Origin: Oopsacas minuta
Lineage: Eukaryota; Animalia; Porifera
DNA: 17,343 nt
Assembly: GCA_024704765.1 (NCBI GenBank)
Contig: JAKMXF010000155.1
Location: 327,804-345,146, forward strand
Reading direction: 5' to 3'
Shown here: in pieces, positions 11,156 through 17,343 of the stretch
How positions within the stretch are numbered: the stretch's first letter is position 1
Layout: every line of letters starts with the position of its first letter
Translations under genes and position numbers: made by a program
Notes under the pieces: generated by a model
The model's database searches: none
Told to the model about the DNA's origin: nothing
What the model saw: the letters and a program-made list of their open reading frames with translations, nothing else

Positions 11156-12655
11156 TCGTAAGGGAATATATTGCCTTCACCAATTTCTTTGCTCTATGTA
11201 ATGCATCCGTAGTTATCATATGAATACATCGGGAAGGTATGTACCACAGAAATTTATTTGCTCCAGGAGCTCATTTTGTAATCAGCTCTATTTTGATCAT
11301 TTTGTAGCTGCACTTTCGAGAATGTAATTATTTCTTCTGAGATATCCTGAACTTCGTTTCTTGTACATTCATACATGAACGCGTTCTCAAAGTTTTGTTT
11401 CACAATTATCTGCCATTTTAATTGAAATCGCATGAATTACAAGATGTCAGGTCCATGAGAAAGCCCATGCAAAGGGAAAATACTCTCTCAAGAACAATCT
11501 CAACTATATTTCGGTGGGAGGCTAAGTGAAATAGATTGATAACAAGGTTTTGGGCGAGAAGAACACAGTCACAATTCTTGCATCTTGTGTTTGACTTAGT
11601 TATATTAAAACACATTCCTTTACGTAATCATTAATCGTATAGTCTACAGATGTGGCTATGCTTTGTCCAGTTCCTTCCAACTACTTCGGAACAGATACTA
11701 ATTGCTCAACACCTACTCCTGTAACAAGATTTTGGAGACCGTCAACGTAGTCTTTTCCCAGTATTTCACAAGATCTTTCCATTCCAATGTACTACTAAGG
11801 GAATATTAGGTTTGAAGTCATACCCTTTGCCATTTCCTTTCTAAATTTTCTTCTAGAACTGCGAATCGATGACCGATTGCAGATTGTGCCCAACTTGATG
11901 CCTCGCAGTTTTTGCTCTACCTTCGAGAATAAATTTTACATTACGATCAGTATCCTTGGTCCTATCTAAGATTGATAGTATTTCTGGCTCTTTCATTTAC
12001 CACATGTACTTGTGACGTAGAATAATCTGTGTTATCATTATGTTAATCGCCTCTATTAGAGTCATCCAAAATACAAAACTGGTTTTCTTTCCTTTGTTAT
12101 ATTTCATCTTCTCTTAGATTTTAAGCCTATCTTTTCCATCTACCGATTTCTCAACCATCCACGTCAAAGATAGTTGGGCTGGGCCCATATATCTACGGCG
12201 CCCTATTCTCTCTATGCTAGGGGAAATTTCTTATCTTCTCAGTTTTTAATGACAATTATTGTATTTCGATGTACGATTTTGATGAGATAATCAAGTCTAG
12301 TTTTCCCTTTATTTCTCTTCCCATCTAACTATCTGTTCTTTTTTGTTTATTATTTAGTCTTTTTTAGTTTTTACCACTGCAGGAGCATCTTTTCGATAGC
12401 TACCACTATATGCTTCTTCTGCCGATAAGGGATTCTTGCCTGTGCCCAAAATATTATTATCCCTTCTGTTAAAATTGTCGAGCTTCCAAGTATGATCTTC
12501 ATCTCCGTTATATGATGGTGAAAGAATACTGAAATTACTTCATGTTTGGAAGGTAGTTTGCAACCAGTTAAATAGAATAATTGTGGTCCAATGAGCCAAA
12601 CATTTGTAGAGCTTCTTCTTGATAACGACCGATTTAGAGGGTGACCCTGTGGGAA
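11156..12655 (-). pseudogene. 5' part of an hATm-type transposase relic
   Basis: VWLIG..LTGCKLPS, FWAQARIP, PLVVHWNGKIL (first catalytic D to N), LVTGVGVEQLVSVPK, GTGQSIA, MCFNITKSNT..CVLLAQ..LASHRNIVEIVLE, GPDIL, NRADY and ALHRAKKLVKAIYS. Probable splice acceptor TTTACAG| at 12656. Element termini not resolved. Confidence 0.85.
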
Positions 12656-13725
12656 CTGTAAATTAATATTTTGATGACCACCCTAATACATATTCAATAT
12701 AGAAAAGCAAAAACTGGTGTAGATTCATAGGACCACACTTATTTGCATGGAGAAGGATGATTTTCAGAGTATAAGATATTAATAGACGAATTTTTGAGCT
12801 GGCTTAAATTTCAAAATTCGCTAAAACAATTGTTTAATGGGATCAATAATTTCTAGAATTACAAAAATGAGGGAAGACAATAATTTAGTGAATCTTTTGT
12901 CAGCCAATTCTTAAAAAATATATATCACCTATGAGAATTAGCGAAATATATAATGCGTTCTTCCTAGCCTAAACTTGTTTTGCGAAATTTCTCAGGTCAA
13001 ATGCATTTGGCCTACGCTATAGCCCATTTGCATGAAAACGCATTTGGTACGCAACGTCTCCACCTAGGTTGACCGATTCATAAATTTCCCTAAGGATTCC
13101 TTGATATATTGTTTCAAAAAATGCATTCTCACCTTTTTCTAACCGAAATATGGACCTTCGAGGCTCCTTACATTGCCTAAATTCAGAACTGTCATCCTCA
13201 ACCCTCAATTTCTATAATCATCTTTAATTATTGTGTTCTCGAAGATGCAGTGCTGGCTTTCTTTAGGTACTTGGGGGCCAATTGCAAGTTCAATTGTCAG
13301 CTCTCTCGATGGGCGTAGCAGCTAAAGGATTTTGATTTCCAGTTTTATGTTTCTCATATGTGTATATATTATTTTCTTAATGAATCTAAGTAAAGAATTT
13401 GCTAATTCTAGAAATATTCATAGATACTCTACCATGAGGATGCAATGGGGTAACAAAGGGTCCTAAATCCGATTCTCCTAGTTTCAAGTTACTCATGTTA
13501 ATTTATTGTAGTTGTATGAACAAATTATTCACAATAGTTGGAATATTCAATTAACAATTCAAGTTTGCACTTAGAAACTTTCCAAATTTGAGGCACGAGC
13601 CCATGCTAAGCCAAATTTTCGCAATCCGCGCAGCATTAGCAAGCTTAACGGCTCTAATGTATGTAAACATTGATGTTGAGTCATTGTGCCATTACGCACT
13701 CCAACGGCTCTGAATCCACATAATA

Positions 13726-13750
13726 CAGTAGTTCTTAAACTGGGGTACGC
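13726..13750 (+). mobile_element. Solo left end of a second Buster-family copy
   Basis: CAGTAGTTCTTAAACTGGGGTACGC versus CAGTAGTTCTTAACAGGGGTACGC at 9060. Preceded by ACATAATA (nnnTAnnn). Similarity stops after about 25 bp. Confidence 0.75.
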
Positions 13751-14046
13751 CGATGTTACACCTAATCATATACAAATATTTCGAGGTACACTCCATCATG
13801 TCAACTGACTCAGCACATATATAGTAACTTCATCCCAAATAATTATTATGTATCAGTTGCAGTGGTTTCATCACTACTTATTATCACTCTTGAATATTTC
13901 TTGTTTGAGGTTAAGCTAATTAAAGATTCCATTGTCCGTACATATGTTTCAGCTCATATTGATTTGAATAGCACACCCACCCGTGTATCGTATTGTTCTT
14001 ATATAATGGAATAAATTGGAAATTGGAAGAGTATTTCTTTGAGCCT

Positions 14047-14190
14047 TGTTGCGTAGGATTTTGACCCGCAATACAAAATCCTAATAGCATATCCATGGTG
14101 CGGTCAAAATCCTACGATGTAATATATGCGTAGGATTTTGACCCGCATCAAAATGTATTACAGTAATTACAGCCGTAGGATTTTGACCCT
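14047..14190. repeat. Mixed direct/inverted array of CGTAGGATTTTGACC(C), beginning with TGT
   Basis: Identical 21-mers TGCGTAGGATTTTGACCCGCA at 14050-14070 and 14127-14147. Inverted copy at 14099-14116, partial inverted copy at 14074-14083, and a further direct copy at 14174-14189. Confidence 0.92.
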
Positions 14191-15368
14191 AAAGTAATCT
14201 TACTTCTCTGTCATTTGACTTTTTCGATTTCCATACACTTTCATTACGTAATTACAACTAAATGTACATAATGTAATTCAACTTTAGACTTGTCATACGT
14301 ATACGTAACTGAATAAACAAGTCAATTTAGAGTTGGATTCTAGAAAGTAGTGAATTTGTTTGATAACATGAAAACTATGTTCCCACTACGTATTACAAAT
14401 TTACAATCTGTATAATTATCCAAAATGCCAAAATGGATAGTGTATATTAATATTCTTTAATAATGTTGCTTGTACAGAAGGTGGCAGGTATTTGATAATT
14501 GTAATTAATAACTCATGATAAATAATATAATTTAACATGTCAATCTGTATATTGCAATATATTCTATCAAATAACAAATTTTTGCAAGCATTAGCATGAT
14601 AATGAATATTCGGAATATCTTAAGTACGAATTGTGGGCGAGTTCATCTTTGCCCATTTCTCTATACTTCCTAACAAGCTTTAAGGAATAACCACTGAAAT
14701 ATGTTCATCTATTGGACAAGCGTAGGCTATGCATTTGTTACCGGAGTCTTGGTATAATGCTGATACACATATCGAGTTGAGGTGAAAACCGCGAGCCTCT
14801 GGCACGCTGCTGTACTCCTGGAAAACACTAGATTTCTATCAACAAAAATGTCAGCTGCGGTGGCCTCCTCCTTCTCCTTACAGCCACCCCCTAACGCTAA
14901 ACGTTTAACGTTAACCTCACCTTGTTTGTGTGTGCAGTGTTGGAGCGAGTTTAATGTGATTGCGATCACGCCAAATTTGACTCTAAGCTGCAACATAAAT
15001 GAATACGTACAATAAATCGTAATTTAACAGACACACGAGGAGCTAACGGCCCCTGAACGGCCACAGACAAGGAGACATTAAAAAATAAAAAATAGATAAG
15101 AAACTCGCTTGTATCTGATTCTATGCTGTATTTCGTCTCGGCGTAGACTCGTCAGTTGCGCTGCCTTTCTCGCAATATACTTAGATGATAGAGTGATGAT
15201 ATTCGCCACTGGGGATGTGCTGTTGCAGGTCGCGTTTCCATTATCTGGGCTCACCATGATAGGGATTGCGTTGCCTGAATAACCTCGGGCATAGGTCCCC
15301 ACAAGGTTCGATGTACCTTGCCTTTGAGCGCTTACGAATGGTGGAAAAGAGTCATGAATCGCTAAGAA

Positions 15369-16625
15369 TTAGTCAGAAGAGTGTAAGAGGTAGAATACAG
15401 TATTGAGTGATCCGATGAAAGTGTCACAGTCCCAAAGTTGGATAATTGATTCTCTCATTCCGTCATATTTATAGAATTGCCCGTTTTGGTAAAGGATTGA
15501 ATAGAAGTGTCTATACTCAATATGCTAAAGCCAGCAAGTTGGTAGTGAAGTGTCCGTTGGTTGTGACTGATGGTAAAGTGTTTGTCAATATCGCTTACAA
15601 AAATGTCTGGCAATTCGCGTAGATGTCCGATTTCAATTGTTAGCATGACAGGTATTGACTTGAATTGACCAGATATCCTCTCTAAGACAGCAGTAGTTGA
15701 TCCACAAGACTTGCATTTAATAGGAACGAGACTTCGATTAACAGATGATTCCAGGTTTGTAATAACGCCTCCTATATTACTTATCATGGATTGTGTCTCA
15801 AAGATATTGGCGCATTGGTGGCATTGGAAGATAGTGAAATATTTGTCGTTACACAAATCTTCTGTTCGTGAATATTTGATGATGTTACTCTCTGATCCAA
15901 AGAAATCGTAAGACCGTATCAATCCTGAGGAATCATAAATAACTTCAAGCCCAATTTTAGTAGCAACATATTCTCGAAGTTTCTCAAATTCACAATTAGC
16001 AGCCAATTGGAATATGTAGTGGAATTCAGCTTCAATGTGTGTACTTCCGATTAACTTCAGTGATTCTATGATGGTGCTTTATTCGAACTAAGAATAGCCA
16101 ATATATTGTCGATAGAACAGGTGTTAGATTGCACGATGTTGTTATACTCTCCTCCCCATTTAGGATATGGGATAAGATCTGATGCATTTTGTATAGATTG
16201 TTCTGGTATTTCAATGATCTCATGAACTTGTTCAGTTGGGAATATTAACTCAATTATTACTGGTAATAGAACAGCAATTGGATAGTCAAGATCTCTTCGT
16301 GTCTCTTCAGGTATTTCAGTAGGATAGGAGGAACGATGTCCTGCGTACCAATTACCGGCTGATACAGCAAGTTTCTCCTTAACCTCAAAATTTAGTTCGT
16401 TGGGCGGATGGTAAGAATATAGTAAATTCAATGAAGTTAGAGATGCAGCTTTTGTAGCGAGTTTCTCATGTAGTTGGGTTAAGTAGGTGTTATTGACAAG
16501 GGCTGATAGTATTCGAGGTTTCAATTGAAGTAGCTCCGAGTCGATATTTTCGTAGATTGAGTGTTGTTGCAGTGTTTCAAATGTTTCTTCCATGGTATCC
16601 AGGTTCAATATATCATCCAAAGAAT
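15369..16625 (-). pseudogene. Exon encoding an unassigned region followed by a USP-fold (peptidase C19-like) cysteine protease; two frameshifts
   Basis: Acceptor TGTATTTAG| at 16626. Cys box KWGG..SNTCSIDNIL (C codon 16119-16117), DFFGSE, CHQC (15823-15812), CKSC (15715-15704), IPVMLTIEIG, YQLAGFSIL, His box RHFYSILYQNGQFYKYDG (H 15509-15507, D 15464-15462) and NTVFY. Stop at 15371-15369; frameshifts near 16077 and 15513. Confidence 0.75.
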
Positions 16626-16740
16626 CTAAATACAAATAAATATGTGAAATGTAGGATTGCTATTACATATTAATCGAATCAATACAGAACACAACTAGTT
16701 TATATGTACTTAATCATGGGCTGACTCAATTAGTTATAGT

Positions 16741-17052
16741 TCAGTACAATATTGTCTCGCTAATATATTTTCCGCTAGAAGGGAATTTGCAAGATCTTTT
16801 GGGCTTCTTTGATTTGCCTGTCTTCGTTCGAACCTGCCGTTTTTCGTTCATGCGAGAATGATATTTTCTTGATAGATGGATAGGCAATTTTGTTGTTTTG
16901 CTATCTGGGTCTTTGCGAGCAACTAGGTGGCTTGGTTTAACTTTCTCTATTGTATATGGCCCCAAATATTTCTTTGCATCTTTTGTTCCTGGGAGTCGCT
17001 TGGCTTTCTTTATATTATGTACAAGTACTTCATCTCCTTCCACAATGCTAAT
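16741..17052 (-). pseudogene. Exon encoding an integrase C-terminal GPY/F (SH3-like) domain of Gypsy/Ginger type
   Basis: Acceptor TTTTAAATTTAG| at 17053, then ISIVEGDEVLVHNIKKAKRLPGTKDAKKYLGPYTIEKV...KLPIHLSRKY. This fits the GD/ExVLV..N..K..R.G.K....GPY.I pattern. A basic KKPKR tail follows; the donor site is not resolved. Confidence 0.75.
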
Positions 17053-17073
17053 CTAAATTTAAAACAATGATTA

Positions 17074-17343
17074 CACTGCTCAACAAAAATTTTGTTGCAT
17101 TTCTACCAACACTTGTTTTTACCTAATATTGGGGCGCTGAATCCGAATCCGACCTTAGTTTTTTTCTGCAAGCTCTAGATTTTTTGCAAATCGAGATTTT
17201 TAATTTTTTTGCACAAAATTCATATTTTTTGAAAAAGTGACATGATTTGTCAAATGATGTTCTGCTTACAGTTGAATAACTAGCCTCAAAACAAAAATAG
17301 GTGCCAAAAAACTTTTATGTTGCCAATAGAAATTGTATTTGTA
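17074..17343. mobile_element. Terminus of a second, different Chapaev3-like element running off the window
   Basis: TTA followed by CACTGCTCAACAAAAATTT. The subterminal motif CGCTGAATCCGAATCCGACCTTAGTTTTTTTC parallels CGCTGAATTCAAAAATCGTGTTAGTCTTTTC in the TIR at 3070. Confidence 0.65.

Larger units (their letters stand above)
14047..17073 (-). mobile_element. Putative Ginger-like (Gypsy-integrase-related) DNA transposon, 3' portion
   Basis: Integrase GPY/F C-terminal exon followed by a protease domain, with apparent introns. Candidate TGT terminus with a repeat array at 14047. No RT, RNase H or paired LTR in the window. The boundary is inferred and the integrase core lies outside the window. 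Confidence 0.5.

Noticed and set aside
13017-13208. Short ORF-track calls here and elsewhere (for example 1254, 1641, 1810, 4228, 5577, 7549, 8704, 10022, 10131, 15711)
   Set aside because: No recognisable motifs; most are antisense or off-frame shadows of transposase relics or of AT-rich non-coding DNA.
15175-15262. U1 snRNA-like words (ATACTTA, GGATGTGCTG, ACCATGAT)
   Set aside because: The words are in the wrong order relative to U1, the ATACTTACCTG 5' end is broken, and there is no Sm site.
15193-15278. C/D-box snoRNA (GTGATGA ... CTGA)
   Set aside because: No terminal stem, no clear D'/C' boxes, and no guide complementarity that I can recognise.
16640-16830. A defined splice donor joining the GPY/F exon to the protease exon
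   Set aside because: The acceptor at 16626 needs a phase-1 donor. The GT candidates before the TGA at 16743 (CAG|GTTCGA phase 0, TT|GTACTG phase 2) do not fit, so the fusion is inferred from adjacency and not demonstrated.

Overview
AT-rich eukaryotic (probably animal) genomic DNA. The one intact host coding segment I found is a 609-bp, phase 0/0 exon (5779-6387, +) from the C-terminal regulatory half of ATP-dependent 6-phosphofructokinase. Much of the rest is a nested stack of decayed cut-and-paste DNA transposons: (1) a full-length Chapaev3-type element (3070-5667) with imperfect TIRs, a TAA target duplication and a spliceosomal intron; (2) an hATm-type transposase relic (8616-12655, -) split by (3) a full-length hAT/Buster element (9060-11155) with an nnnTAnnn 8-bp target duplication; (4) a solo Buster end at 13726; (5) faint mariner and hAT relics upstream; and (6) a second Chapaev3-like end at 17074 that runs off the window. 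The most interesting object is at about 14047-17073 (-). A Ginger/Gypsy-type integrase C-terminal GPY/F exon is followed by a frameshifted but motif-complete USP-fold (peptidase C19-like) cysteine protease with Cys box, two CxxC pairs and His/Asp box. It may be bounded by a TGT-starting repeat array at 14047. This suggests a Ginger-like transposon carrying a deubiquitinase-type domain different from the OTU and Ulp1 domains I know from that group. All family assignments come from manual translation and remembered consensus motifs; no database searches were run.
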